The notes under the pieces are model-generated. The model searched no databases. It saw only the letters and a list, made by a program, of their open reading frames with translations, and was not told the DNA's origin. A stretch of DNA of 63,929 nucleotides, filler included, from Octopus bimaculoides (taxonomy: Eukaryota): NCBI RefSeq assembly GCF_001194135.2. It is 6 parts of 5 records of this genome, joined end to end, with 100 filler letters (N's around TTAATTAATTAA, not from the genome) between each part and the next. Parts side by side here need not be neighbours in the genome. Positions count along the whole stretch, not along the records: positions 37,198 to 59,679 come from NC_068987.1; positions 59,780 to 62,696 come from NC_068996.1; positions 62,797 to 63,929 come from NW_026356131.1; 3 more parts are not named here. One strand, given 5' to 3'. Shown piece by piece: positions 49,525 to 62,952 of the stretch. Made by a program: the position numbers and the translations under genes. Numbering within the stretch: position 1 is the first letter of the stretch; each line of letters starts with the position of its first letter.

Positions 49525-49662
49525 AAGTATTTCATTCAGTCATTTGTTAGGTCTCTCTCCATAATGTCATTGGATGGAAAGAGGAAAGCTCCCGGATTCT
49601 GAAAGGTTCATAGCTCTAATCTTCTCCCACGATTGCCTGATAATGTATATAGCATGCTGGTT
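49525..49662. repeat. Left arm of a 138-bp inverted repeat
   Basis: Reverse complement of 50597-50734, 7 mismatches by manual alignment. Confidence 0.9.
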
Positions 49663-50540
49663 TCGTTATAAAAGAACTGCCATGATTTAGTTCTTCAGGA
49701 AAATATTTCATATATAATAATTTGTTGTTTGCCTATGATGAAGCTTGCTTATCACTATATGTTTATGTTTTGTACTGTTCATATTATTGTTGTCAAATGT
49801 GCTGGTTATTAACTTTTTGTTTACTATTTTCTGCAATGTTATACTTTACTATATTATTTTTTATATGGTCATTAATATTTGATTTACATTTTCCTATATT
49901 TTTGTTAGGTATCTGTTGCATTTGATTGAGATTTCAATGTAATATGAAGTCATTATTGTCATGGTATAGTATGGGGCAATAAAACATAAAATTGCTAAAA
50001 GAGCAGCTTTCTCCCCTAGCTACAGTATCATAAAGGACCTGAAAAAACATCATGCTGCATTTCTTCGCGATCTTAAGTTCATAGTTCAATTTCTGACAAA
50101 GCCCACTTTGCTTTTCATCCACCCCAGATCGATAAAATGCCTGTCAAGTAATGGGGTTGACGGTATCGACTAATATCGCCAAAACGTTTCAACCCTGTTC
50201 GCAAATCAGAACTTTTCTTTTCATCTCAGTAGTCAAAGTAGCTGCTGCTGAAAAATGCCTTACGTTATTTGTTCCCGCTCCTAATTAGAACGAATTTGGT
50301 TCTATCTCTTTAAGATTCGATAACATACAGAGTTATTTATGTACATGAGGCAATCTACATTTCTCATACCCTCTCAAGAAATTTGTGGCTGTTATATTCA
50401 TGTAAGAAATAGTTATGTTCATTGTTGCTGTTTTTTTCTTTTATCTCCTTGGTCGCATGTCTCTCCCCAAAGCCTTTTTCAAATGGTTCCTTCAGTTACA
50501 GATTTGGACAATCTAGTCCAATAAGATAGGACATTTATTG

Positions 50541-50596
<56 letters not shown>

Positions 50597-50597
<1 letters not shown>

Positions 50598-50732
50598 ACC
50601 AGCATGCTATATATATTATCAGGCAATCGTGGGAGAAGATTAGAGCTATGAACCTTTCAGAACCCGGGAGCTTTCCTCGTTCCATCCAATGAATATGTGG
50701 AGAGAGACCTAACAAATGACTGAATGAAATAC

Positions 50733-50734
<2 letters not shown>
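50597..50734. repeat. Right arm of a 138-bp inverted repeat
   Basis: Pairs with 49525-49662. Flanked by (ATCT)n and (ATAC)n. Confidence 0.9.
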
Positions 50735-50763
<29 letters not shown>

Positions 50764-51522
50764 CATACATACATACATACATACGCATACCACACACACA
50801 TCGATAGAGGAAAAGTCTGATAAACGTGAATAACTGTTTATATCCTTTGTTCCCTACAGATTTTTCCGCTTCACCATTGTGGTTCGTTGTATCTACCGTA
50901 GTGGATGTTATAAATGCAACTGGATTTTGAACCACAACAGTTCATCAGAGGTTATACTCTATTGCATTGTTACATAGATCAAAAGCTTAAAGTTGGACAG
51001 AGGGTATGACTTTTTATATGTATTTGAAAGGGAAATAAAATGAGAGAGAATAAAACAGAGATAAAGAGAACAAATCAGAGAAAAGAGAGAAGAGGAAGAG
51101 AAATGTGAATGGGAGACAAGAGGAGAGCTAAAATGCAAAATGTAAATAAAAACAAGGTGTAGGAAATAAAAAAGAAAAAGGGAAAGAAATAAGAAAGCTT
51201 GCGTGTGGGAAAATGATTGCAAGTGATAGAGAGAAAGTGGGAGTGAAAAGAGAGAGGATAAGGGAAGATTTGAAATAAATGGAAACAGTGACGTTGCCAA
51301 ATGTTTGTGCATTTAGTAGGTCAGCTTTAAGTAGATACCAATAATGTAATTGTTTTCTAAATTAAGTGCAAATACAAAAATGTGAAAGGGTCGTGAATAT
51401 ATTCAGTGGTGAACCCATTTAAAAATACGCAATCAAGTAAACAAAACAACGTGTATGCACGGGTAAAATGTACCCATAGTTTAATGTCTATATATAGGTC
51501 TAAAGAAAAAGGTACACACACG

Positions 51523-51589
<67 letters not shown>

Positions 51590-51827
51590 NNNNNNNNNNN
51601 NNNNNNNNNNNNNNNNNNNNNNNNNNNNNNNNNNNNNNNNNNNNNNNNNNNNNNNNNNNNNNNNNNNNNNNNNNNNNNNNNNNNNNNNNNNNNNNNNNNN
51701 NNNNNNNNNNNNNNNNNNNNTTAGGTGTAGCCCTCGGTGTAGACATGTCGCCTCACATTTCTTTTAAGAAGTCCACACGATTTATTAAATTCTACATTAC
51801 ATATATATATATATATATACCACATTA

Positions 51828-51868
<41 letters not shown>

Positions 51869-51942
51869 ACACACACACGCACGCACACAAACATACACGA
51901 GTCAGTGCATAAATGCAAAACAAAAGAGGTTAAATGGTAAAG

Positions 51943-52268
51943 GCCGACTTCAGTAATGAATGACTATAGGATTTCACCTAGAAAGTTGTCATCCGAGGCA
52001 GAAGTCTGGTCAAGTTTGTTTACGGAAGACCAGCGGTCGCCAATGCATACCAGACACCCCTTTGCATGCTACCGATGTTATCCAAGAGAAAGGCAAATGT
52101 CGATACAGCTTGGCACCAGTGACGTCGCAACTCATTTCTGCAGCAGAGTGAACCGTATCAATGTGAAATAAAGTGTCTTGCTCTAGAACACAACACACGG
52201 CCCCGCCCAGAAATTGATCTCACTATTTCATGATTGTGAGCCCCAAGCTCTAACTACAGAGCCATGTG
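51943..52268 (-). mobile_element. tRNA-headed SINE with group C-like CORE block and a distinct 3' half
   Basis: TGGCTCTGTAGTTAGAGC..GAGATCAATTTC head, GTGTTCTAGAGCAAGACACTTTATTTCAC block. Confidence 0.7.
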
Positions 52269-52426
52269 GTTATAACTAGCTGGAAAGAAATAGTACTCGA
52301 ATACAGAAGGTAAAGTGATATGTGTTTTTGAAAGATGCAAAAATCTGCACAGACTGCTACTTGGAGTTTCAAGTTACCATTCCTTGGACAGCTAAGGTCA
52401 GATGAACGGTATGCATATGCTCATAT

Positions 52427-52465
<39 letters not shown>

Positions 52466-53615
52466 ATTTAGTTTCAAAGTACTGTTAGAAGATTTCATTT
52501 GCCTTCATGTGGGATGTATGTCATCCTTTACATTTCAGTAAAGCGTGGAAAAAAGCTCCTCTGTACACAAATGTTTCCGATTCAGGTATGTTATTCATGT
52601 CACGAAACTGCATTTTTATGCAAAAGCTTTCGTAACCTCAATCTAACCCAATTGAATTTGAGGTATCAGTGTAAACGGTTATTTCCATGTGCGACAGATC
52701 CAAAAACAGTAACACTGTTCTCATGTCAAATCAGACAACATATTCCAACAATAAGTGTCTATCAAGCCACACTACGCAAAAATACTCCCCTTCTCTACTG
52801 TCTTCTTCTTACATATCTACATCACAGACCTACGTACAGAAAACCTAATAATCATTTCAAATAGCTTTACCTACCCGAGAAAAACAATTAGCCAAAGACG
52901 ATATAAAGTCAAATAGAAGCCAAGTGCAGCACAGATTAACAAAAGCTTGTAAACCGAAACTTCGGACTCAGTGTTATTCCTATCCATGTAAAAGTTTTAT
53001 AAACATATACATTGTTAATGAATATTCAATAATCCTCCAGTTAAATATTCAATTGTTTTTATATATAACTAGGCATAAAAAAATACCAATTTGTGTAATA
53101 TTTTGTGTAAATTATTTCGAGATAAATGTATTCAATTAAATTTAATTTTTCATACGCACCTCAAGATGTCTTTGTACAAATACACTACAATCGTGGAGGT
53201 GCAGTCAAATTTAATGTTAACCAAGAAAATGAGAACTATTTAGAACTTATCCATATTATATATCCACAGACAATCGAATGTAAATTTGCACGTGATAAAC
53301 AGACTACAAAAACTCGTAAAATTCTAATCTGTCAGACTTTTTATAGAGATGACGCTACAAACTGATTCAGTAAGTATAGCTTTAGCAATGCCGAGAACAT
53401 TAAAATATATAATCATTTCTTGAAATACACCAGGAACGCATCTTAAAGTAAAAGAAAAAAAAGAGAAAGAAAAAAATGATTATTATTATAGAGCACAAAC
53501 ACTACTTTCAGTGTAATATAACTGAATATCATGTAGATGAACCAAAACGTAGATGTATAGATATGTGTGTATGTGTGTATATGCGGGTGTGTTTGTGTGT
53601 TTATATATCAGATAT

Positions 53616-53658
<43 letters not shown>

Positions 53659-53664
53659 GCGCGC

Positions 53665-53707
<43 letters not shown>

Positions 53708-53809
53708 GACGTCATCAGCACATATACTGCAGTCGAAGACGTGAAGGTCATTACCATCTCTACAAACACCACATATTACACTCACACGTAGTTTAGTGGT
53801 TGGCGTATG

Positions 53810-55455
53810 TCCAGAAAGACTGTTCTAATCTCTAAACCCAATTTTCTCCTCAATAAGACTACAATTCCACCCACCCCCGGGCTGGCATGGAGAAATGGAT
53901 TTCTCGTAGCCGTTGAGGGTGGCTAAGAAAGCTCGCAGTTCATTCAGTTTAGTTTTGCTAGTGAACATTACATCGAGGTTCCGTGACCCGAGAACATTTA
54001 GGAAACAACCTTGCTTCCAGTTCGATCCTAGGTCACGCACATTTACGCTACCAAGCTTGAGCCAGAACAGAATAAATTTAACTACTTACATTTTATACGC
54101 TGAGGAGGGGTGTTGGTAATCCCTCTTCTTCTGTTTCGGTTTGTTAGGTACTCCCCTTGAATTTAGATTGCGTCTGAGGGTAATAAGTTGGGTGTTTGAG
54201 GCTTGTGTGTAAGTTGTGTGAATGCGGGTATTTGGGTGTCTGTGATGTTAATGTGTGTAAGGAATGTGTTTTTCCACTTACGTCTCCTTTTAATTTCTGT
54301 CCATTCATTGTCGATGACTTCAATCTTTTGGGGGGTCTCTCTTTGCGTCTTTTATTTTCTCTCTTGAGGCTTCTGGTGTGGGTTGTTTTGGCGTGGTGTT
54401 GGTTGGTTTCTTTTTGTCGTCTCTTGGGTCGTCAATATGTGGCGGATTATTGTGTGAAGGGGGTACAGTAGGTTCTCGGTCTTGTGGGCAAGCGGTTTTA
54501 TGTGAACGTTTTGCCCACACTTGTAACATCTTGGATTTCTCCCCTCCACCATGACTCTTAGTGCGGTTTCATAAGGTAATATTACTTGGTCGGTAATTCT
54601 TCTAGGTCCCTTAGGTGGCCCGGATTATTAGTTCAACGCCCTGGCCCCACTAGTTTTATTGGTGCAGCTTGGTAGCCTAGAGGATGGTAATTCGATCCTC
54701 CATGTTCCGCCGACTTTAGGGATGTCGTAGACCGTTATTTCGTTTCTTCCTCGGAGATGAACCTCAATTCAACTGTGCAGAAGTGTTTATCTCTTGCTAC
54801 ATATTTGGTTTCATGCCAGATAGGTTGAATGCAATTTTTGATGGCCTCTTTGGTTGATGTTTCTATATTTTTAGATTTTAGTGATAACGTTTTGTAGATT
54901 ATAGTTTTGCGTTGTGTGGTTTGTATCATTTCCTCTGGGGGAGTTAATTTTACATTTGTGCCCTCCTTTTTTTTTAATAAGCTCTCCAAATTTCAAAAGT
55001 TCACCGATGGTGACCTGTAATGTTTCACTAGTAACACCGGCCTTGGACGCGAAGTTAATCTTTTCATTATCTTGTGCTTTGGTTTTCGGGCTGTTTACGC
55101 TCATTATTGGCAAGTTTTCCTTCTCCTTCTTTTCGTGACTTGGGAAGGAGAGGAACATTTCATTGTACAATTTCTTTGTCTGGCATTCTTTTTAGAGGGG
55201 CGTTTCCAATAATTTCGGTATCCATATTTTAGAGTGTAGAACAGTTTTACACACAAGAAAAGAAGAGAAAATAATTCGCCCGTAAACAGGAGGAATTTAC
55301 AGAAAAAAACACACAGCTCAGAGTAGGTAGTGTGTCAAAAGCCCAAAGAAAACAAAGTGATATCAATCACTGGCAAACCTACAATTAACACAGCAGCAAA
55401 GGAACACGTCTGTTCAGTAATAAGGCACTAAAAGAGAATGACTCTCCCCAGGCAC
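53810..55455 (-). mobile_element. Tx1/L1-type LINE 5' portion (5' UTR, ORF1 with CCHC, start of ORF2 APE), 3'-truncated
   Basis: ORF1 from ATG 55225 includes RNPRCYKCGQNVHIK. ORF2 from about 54091 reads GSVNVRDLGS..NLDVMFTSKTKL..GGGIVVL. Confidence 0.75.
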
Positions 55456-55564
55456 GATAAAATATGCATCAACATACATTTTTCACATAAAGAATCTTGC
55501 TAACCAAATGCAAAGACAAAATATGTATATGTGTATGTGGTTTTATATATATGAATATATATAT

Positions 55565-55621
<57 letters not shown>

Positions 55622-55912
55622 CAGACAGATAGATAGATGCGTGTGTATGTATGTAAGCATGTATGCATAGTGCCATGTGTGTATGCATATGGGGACACAC
55701 ACACACTCACACACATATATATATATATATACATACATACATATATATACATACATATATNNNNNNNNNNNNNNNNNNNNNNNNNNNNNNNNNNNNNNNN
55801 NNNNNNNNNNNNNNNNNNNNNNNNNNNNNNNNNNNNNNNNNNNNNNNNNNNNNNNNNNNNNNNNNNNNNNNNNNNNNNNNNNNNNNNNNNNNNNNNNNNN
55901 NNNNNNNNNNNN

Positions 55913-55949
<37 letters not shown>

Positions 55950-56393
55950 CACATGGGTGTGTGTGCGTTAAGTTTGATTAAGCTGCATCGTCAGATATCT
56001 TTAATGAACAAAAACGGCTATTGAAATATTTGAAATCATGCATTGCATCTAATATATGATTGATTTCTCCGACTAGATATGTTTTGTATTGTTTTAAAAC
56101 CGTTCATATACCGGTAAACCGTATGTGTCAGAAAATTTCGCGATTTCCAAAGACGTCAAATTTTGTTTGATGGGATTATACTCAAAATTTCTTTGCTCAT
56201 TTTCCCCCAGATATTCATGTAAAAAAAATAAATAAATAAACTCCTTCATCATTTTGCTGCTCTGTCTATTTTAATAAACTGTTTGAAATATTGACAGCTT
56301 GTCTTTTATTAAAAACATGTCACACAATTTCTCCAACTGTAATGTTAAGTGAACAGCAAATGTTAAGTCGGATTTCTTGGGAAAATGGTATTA

Positions 56394-56478
<85 letters not shown>

Positions 56479-57462
56479 NNNNNNNNNNNNNNNNNNNNNN
56501 NNNNNNNNNNNNNNNNNNNNNNNNNNNNNNNNNNNNNNNNNNNNNNNNNNNNNNNNNNNNNNNNNNNNNNNNNNNNNNNNNNNNNNNNNNNNNNNNNNNN
56601 NNNNNNNNNNNNNNNNNNNNNNNNNNNNNNNNNNNNNNNNNNNNNNNNNNNNNNNNNNNNNNNNNNNNNNNNNNNNNNNNNNNNNNNNNNNNNNNNNNNN
56701 NNNNNNNNNNNNNNNNNNNNNNNNNNNNNNNNNNNNNNNNNNNNNNNNNNNNNNNNNNNNNNNNNNNNNNNNNNNNNNNNNNNNNNNNNNNNNNNNNNNN
56801 NNNNNNNNNNNNNNNNNNNNNNNNNNNNNNNNNNNNNNNNNNNNNNNNNNNNNNNNNNNNNNNNNNNNNNNNNNNNNNNNNNNNNNNNNNNNNNNNNNNN
56901 NNNNNNNNNNNNNNNNNNNNNNNNNNNNNNNNNNNNNNNNNNNNNNNNNNNNNNNNNNNNNNNNNNNNNNNNNNNNNNNNNNNNNNNNNNNNNNNNNNNN
57001 NNNNNNNNNNNNNNNNNNNNNNNNNNNNNNNNNNNNNNNNNNNNNNNNNNNNNNNNNNNNNNNNNNNCTCTCTTAAAAAGTCTAAAAATCATAAGTGAAA
57101 TGTAATAAAGATGAAATTGGATTCTGTTAATATTTTTGCATATTCGGAATCTCTGTTAAAGGTAGGAATCACAAAATTTTTTTTCACAAAATTCGTTTTT
57201 CAAATGGGTGCGATTCTGCATTAGCCCCTATACCTATTGGTTGAGCTGAATCAAATTGAAATGATTTAATTAAGAGAACACATTTAGTTACATTATATGG
57301 CCATGCTTTAAGATCGTTACGCCCTGGAAGACAAGTCAGGTGTTTTATCATGCTACTTGTCAATTCTGGGAAAATTATCGATACTCAAGCAGACTGTTCT
57401 GAGACTTACTGAACTCCCTATATTAAAAGACTACGTCTCACGCACACACATTGAAAATACAC

Positions 57463-58100
57463 TCATATACATGAATACACACGCAATGAAAGACAGTGAA
57501 AATTCAACATTATAAAAAGCCCCCCAAATTCTTCTCTTTTCATCAATTGTTGTAATAAATCTTTTTCAATTGACATTAGTGCTAACCCAGACAGTCTTCT
57601 TTCTCCTGTCGCATTTCTTTGGTATGTTTTGATTCTACTTAATGCAGAAAAGGATCGCTCTACAGAAGCAGTAGTAGACGGAATTGTCAAAATCAACTTG
57701 CACAGATTGAAGAGTTCTGGCATAGCTTCAACAAGGTCGCTGCTGTAAATGTAACTCATTAAATGACTTAACTTCGCTTTTTAAAATCTTTCATTGAATA
57801 CGTCACATTGAGCTCAGTTTGTAATCGAATTACATCAAAAAATCTGCCATAAGTGATTTTTAAAGAATGTATAGAGTCCACAGGAAATTGTTTGCAATAT
57901 TCATCAACTTTGTTGAAATTCAAAAGTTCCATGAATTTAAACTCTTCTAAGGATGAATATCGTGCTTTTATTTGGTCAACTACTGTACTGATAATTTTGT
58001 TACAATGCACTCTAATAATGTCGTTGAGGCTCAATAGATATATTTTTGGATCTCTGAATTCCGATTCCTGCATCGACTCCATATTTTTCCCCTAATATAT
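57463..58100 (-). mobile_element. hAT transposase C-terminal fragment with dimerisation domain
   Basis: PELFNLCKLILTIPSTTASVERSFSALSRIKTYQRNATGERRLSGLALMSIE. Confidence 0.9.
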
Positions 58101-58337
58101 CATAAAAGATTTAAAAATTATCAAGTTTGTTTTCGAGCACAGTTCTAGTTTTATCTATTTGCTATTTACAATACACTATGTCATGACTTTTACTCTGGAT
58201 ATTAAATAAGACGTCAGTAAAAGAAAAAAATGTCACTGAATACTTCCAACAAAAATAAGAAATCACTGGTTTGACAGACCAGTGAAGATAGAAGCTGTAT
58301 CTAGATGACTTTCCATTTTTTTGTCATATTTACTGAT

Positions 58338-58937
58338 TAAATATACGAATTCTTTGGTCACCCACCAAATTATGAAATACTTGTGCAAACCTTCTTAACC
58401 AGTTTTCGAGTACTAGACTGCAGCATGAGTGTAAAAATGCATTTCCTGCACAGTAATCTGGACTACTTCCTTGAAAATCATAATGCAATATGTTGTGACA
58501 AGGAGGGGAAAATGCCACCAAGGCATGGAGACCATGGAAACTAGCTATCGAGGCAGGTGGAACACAAACATGATGGCCTACTACGACTGTTCTCAGCAAA
58601 GACTCGTGATGCAAGTTATTCATGCAAAGCAGCAAAGAGAAAGTTCACTCCTTGAGTAGCTGAAATTCCAGTTTAAAAAAAGATATATCGTAAGATGTGT
58701 AATTAAACATTTTGCATAACATAATCGTTAAACAATAAAAAGTACTATTTGGTTTGTGTTAGTTTCTTATTTCAGTATTTTATTTAAAGGTAAATTTGAT
58801 ATTGATGAAAATCAAAAATTAAAGCTTGACGTGAAAGAAAAATTCTCAGGGGATTTTTAAACCCAGTACCATCAAATTTGGTAGGACTAATAATAAAAAG
58901 CAAACTAACTAAACCTTTTTGTAAATGTTCCCCAGTG
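58338..58937 (+). mobile_element. DNA transposon 3' fragment, Chapaev3 (CMC)-like
   Basis: NYEILV..CSMSVKMHFLHSNLDYF..HQGMETMETSYRGRWNTNMMAYY. Right end ...GTTCCCCAGTG followed by TTA. The family assignment is from memory of this motif. Confidence 0.6.
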
Positions 58938-59489
58938 TTATCAATAAAATAGTTAAAGCACTGACCAGCCCTATTACTTGCGGACAAACAATGCAATAGT
59001 GCTTATTTGGAGAGTGAAATGTAGAAAAAAAATTGATGTGATAGAAGAAAACTGACCGAGTTTTGAATTCAGCATGCCTATTTTAGTCTAAATCAAGTGA
59101 TTTAAGTTTAATAAGTCTGTAATTGATATTTAATAAGCCTGGTAGCTATTTACATCAAAGATGTTGATATTCTACATATCATAGCAGTGAGATGCGAGAT
59201 TTCATTGGCATGCGGTGACCAGGCGCCTCCAACTCATGATTTCAAGTGGAATGAAATCACGTGATATGGAAGTTCCGTCACCTATAACAGACGTTTCTGG
59301 TCTTATAGTCCTATGGGCGTTCTTCTATGCATCAAACGCCTAAATGAGCGAGCTTCTCCAGGTCAATAACGCAGTACTCGGTGTCGTAACACGACATCTA
59401 GGTTAGATATAAAGATTACCTTTTGGTAATAATACTGCCTACGTTGCTAATAATCTTTTAATATATTTGAACTCTTAGCATGTTTATGT

Positions 59490-59640
59490 TGACTGTGTGG
59501 TAAGAAGCTTGCTTCCCAACCAGATGATTCCGCGTCCAGTCCAACTGCGTGGCCCCTTGGACAGATGTCTTCTACTATAGCCTCAGGCCGACCAAATCCT
59601 TGTGAGTAGATTTGGTACACGGAAACAGAAAGAAATCTTC
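59490..59640 (+). mobile_element. SINE group A 5' half
   Basis: GTGTGGTAAGAAGCTTGCTTCCCAACC..CTTCTACTATAGCCTCAGGCCGACC..TGTGAGTAGATTTGG. Confidence 0.8.
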
Positions 59641-59679
<39 letters not shown>

Positions 59680-59779
59680 NNNNNNNNNNNNNNNNNNNNN
59701 NNNNNNNNNNNNNNNNNNNNNNNTTAATTAATTAANNNNNNNNNNNNNNNNNNNNNNNNNNNNNNNNNNNNNNNNNNNN

Positions 59780-59814
<35 letters not shown>

Positions 59815-60163
59815 CAGACACATACCTCTCTCTATATATAGATCCAATTTTATATTGGTAGTAACGAACATATTTATAAGCATAATAATAATAATAAAAA
59901 CACCCTACAAAAACACAATACTAAAATGAAAAATTATATGAAATACTTGTAAAAACATCATTTATTAACATGCAAATATGCAAATATAGTTTTTAAAATG
60001 TTTTACCATGTTACATCATTTTTGAGTGGGTTTTACTTGTTATTTCTAGCAAATCTAGTGACTGTGTAAAGTCCTATATTGACTTGGGCTGCTGCTTGTG
60101 ACTGAGAGGTATTATAACCGGTGATAGTCTGACAAAGGCGATGATCTTACAAAATCGTTAACA

Positions 60164-60357
60164 AGGCGGATAAAATACCTTCCGGCATTTCGTCCGTCTA
60201 AACGTTTTCAGTTCGAATTCCACCGAGGTTGACTTTGCTCTTCATCCTTTTGAGGGTCAATAAAATAAATACCAGTTTATCTCTGGGGCAGATTTAACCG
60301 ACTTGTTCCCCATCCGGTAATTGCTGACATTGTGCCAAAATTTGAAGCCATTATTAT
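60164..60357 (+). mobile_element. SINE group B copy
   Basis: GTTCGAATTCCACCGAGGTTGACTTTGC core, GTGCCAAAATTTGAAGCC(ATT) tail. Confidence 0.75.
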
Positions 60358-60922
60358 CGTTATTTCGATCCAGATTATCTCAGTTTTAACAAACCTGTGT
60401 TCTATTTGTGATCATCCATCTATTTCTTTTTTTAGTTACAGTGTGAACAAGTCTATATATTATGCAACATGATGGGGCGTTTTGTAAGGATAATTTTTCG
60501 TCTATTTCTAACCTAATGAGTGACAGAGTAGACACTTTTGTTAGCTAATATTTCTCTGATTGTTATTGTGTTTGCGGTTTATTATTCATTGTGTTGTTTA
60601 GCACCATGTTATCCTACATCGAGTGGATTTGCGATTAAAAGTATTTAACCGTAACCTTCCTTGTTTTGAAATTGTATTTATTCCTGATTCAGTGCTCAAT
60701 ACAAACTGGTAAAATTTGTACTCAAAGTTAAACAAGCAGGATTATTAGAACTCAATATTCGATTATTAAAAGATCTTATAGCTTTTGTTATTCTAATCTG
60801 CAGAAGTTATAAAGTGACTCGATGGCTGAGAGTTTCGCTCACGGTATCAAGTTTGATAAGTGTCGATCATGAAATTCAAGACTCTTGAATCACATTGTAG
60901 CATAACATCTATCGAGTAAAAC

Positions 60923-60986
<64 letters not shown>

Positions 60987-61006
60987 ATGATGATAATAGT
61001 AATAAT

Positions 61007-61542
61007 ACAATCTAGGGAGAGTAATCCACTGGGAGCTACGTAGAAAGCTAGGATTTGAACATACTGATAAATGGTATGAACATGAAGTACTAGAAAGTAA
61101 GAAATACATGATGTGGGACTTTCACATTCAGACTGACAGAGTAATAGAAGCTAGAAGGTGTGATTTGGTAGTAGTAGACAAAGAGAATAGAAAGTGCCAG
61201 GTAATTGACTTTACAGTCCCAAATGATGAGAAAATCAATATGAGAGGTAAAGGAAAAATAGAAAAATACCAGGACCTAGCCATTAAATTACAGAGACTAT
61301 GGAAAGTGCGGGTAAAATGTATCCCAGTAGTTATAGGTGTACTGGGAGAACTATCCCTAAAGATCGTAATAGATGGATAGAGGAAACAGGCATAAAACCC
61401 AGTTTAGTACAGCTGCAGAAAACAGTATTATTAGGGACAGCTAGGATACTTAGGCGGGTTCTTGGCATCTAAGGCAACTTGTTGTAGCCCGATGTTAGGG
61501 TTCTTTTCTTTTCCAACAGTCTAATCTGTTGTGCGTATATGA
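61007..61542 (+). mobile_element. R4/Dong-clade LINE 3' fragment inside trinucleotide arrays
   Basis: IHWELRRK..KWYEH, WDFHIQTDRVIEARRCDLVVVDK..VIDFTVP..KIEKYQDL, IPVVIGVLG, QKTVLLGTARILRRVLGI* (stop 61472). Confidence 0.92.
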
Positions 61543-61557
61543 ATAATAATAATAATA

Positions 61558-61610
<53 letters not shown>

Positions 61611-61611
61611 A

Positions 61612-61674
<63 letters not shown>

Positions 61675-61677
61675 GTG

Positions 61678-61745
<68 letters not shown>
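61543..61745. repeat. (AAT)n/(GAT)n array
   Basis: Directly visible. It generates the poly-H/D/M/I ORFs. Confidence 0.95.
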
Positions 61746-61746
<1 letters not shown>

Positions 61747-61940
61747 TTCTTTTCTACTATTGGCACAAGGCCTGAAATTTGGGGGAGGGAGTAAGTCGAT
61801 TACATCGACCCCAGTACTCAACTGGTACTTACTTTATCGACCCCGAAAGGATGAAAGGCAAAATCGGTTTGAATGGAATTTGAACTCAGAACGCTGAGCG
61901 TTTTATCCGGCATGCAAATGATTCTACCAGCTTGCCGCCA
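61746..61940 (-). mobile_element. SINE group B copy ending in (ATT)n
   Basis: Near-consensus core, tail GGCCTTGTGCCAATAGTAGAAAAG. Confidence 0.85.
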
Positions 61941-62507
61941 AATATCTGTAATTTATAACAGTAACCCTAACCCTAACTCTAACAGCAACAGCAACAATCG
62001 GTTTCGCAAAGGCGAACCCACTAGATAGCAGGGTATGATTTTGAGAGAAATCTGGCTGTTGTTTCTAGCTTTTAGAACGAGTATAGGAAGGTCCAATCCC
62101 TGGGTCGGTCATTGGTTGCTTTCATAGTTCTAGGCTGAGTAGCTTGGGTCTGTTCTGTTTAAGCAGAAGATTAAATGAAATGGAAGACATTACAGCTTTT
62201 GCTTTTTCTGTTCAACTTTTAGTTGGCGGCATCAGTCTATCTCTTGTGTATATTGAACGTATTGTCTTCGCAATATATTATTATGGAATCGGTTAGTTAT
62301 TACATTGAACAGATTCATATGACTCACTTGAAGCACTTTTACATTGATTGTACTGTTGGTATTACTATAAAAACAAATGGAGATAGCGTAGTGATGCAAG
62401 TTGCTCTGTTGATGTTGCTATGTCCATTGATTGTCTGCAAATAGATACAACGCCATTGCATTTTTGTCGTAATTCCTACTTTCGCTGTTTATTTAATGTA
62501 CGTATGC

Positions 62508-62538
<31 letters not shown>

Positions 62539-62552
62539 TGTATGTATGTATG

Positions 62553-62585
<33 letters not shown>

Positions 62586-62796
62586 ATCTATCTATCCATC
62601 CATTTATTAGTCTACCTATTTGTCTATCTATCTATCTATGCATGTATGTATGTTTGTATGGATGAATAAGTATGTATATTTGTATGTATGTATGCTNNNN
62701 NNNNNNNNNNNNNNNNNNNNNNNNNNNNNNNNNNNNNNNNTTAATTAATTAANNNNNNNNNNNNNNNNNNNNNNNNNNNNNNNNNNNNNNNNNNNN

Positions 62797-62952
62797 TACG
62801 TTCTGAGTTCAAATTCCACCGAGGCTGACTTTGCCTTTCATCCTTTTTGGGTCGATAGAATAAGTACCATTTAAACACTGGGGTCGATGTAATCGATTTA
62901 ACCGCCCCCCCCCACGGACTTGCTGGCCTTGTGTCAAAATTTGAAACCAATA
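62797..62952 (+). mobile_element. SINE group B 3' portion (head in spacer gap)
   Basis: CTGAGTTCAAATTCCACCGAGGCTGACTTTGCCTTTCATCC..GCTGGCCTTGTGTCAAAATTTGAAACC. Confidence 0.85.

Noticed and set aside
49640-49705. Minus-strand CTGAAGA...GAAAC hammerhead
   Set aside because: Stem II is not closed, helix III does not pair, and a competing hairpin sequesters the core.
61495-61821. Poly-His/Tyr/Asp/Met/Ile ORFs (also 24016-24637)
   Set aside because: Translations of (AAT)n and (GAT)n microsatellites.
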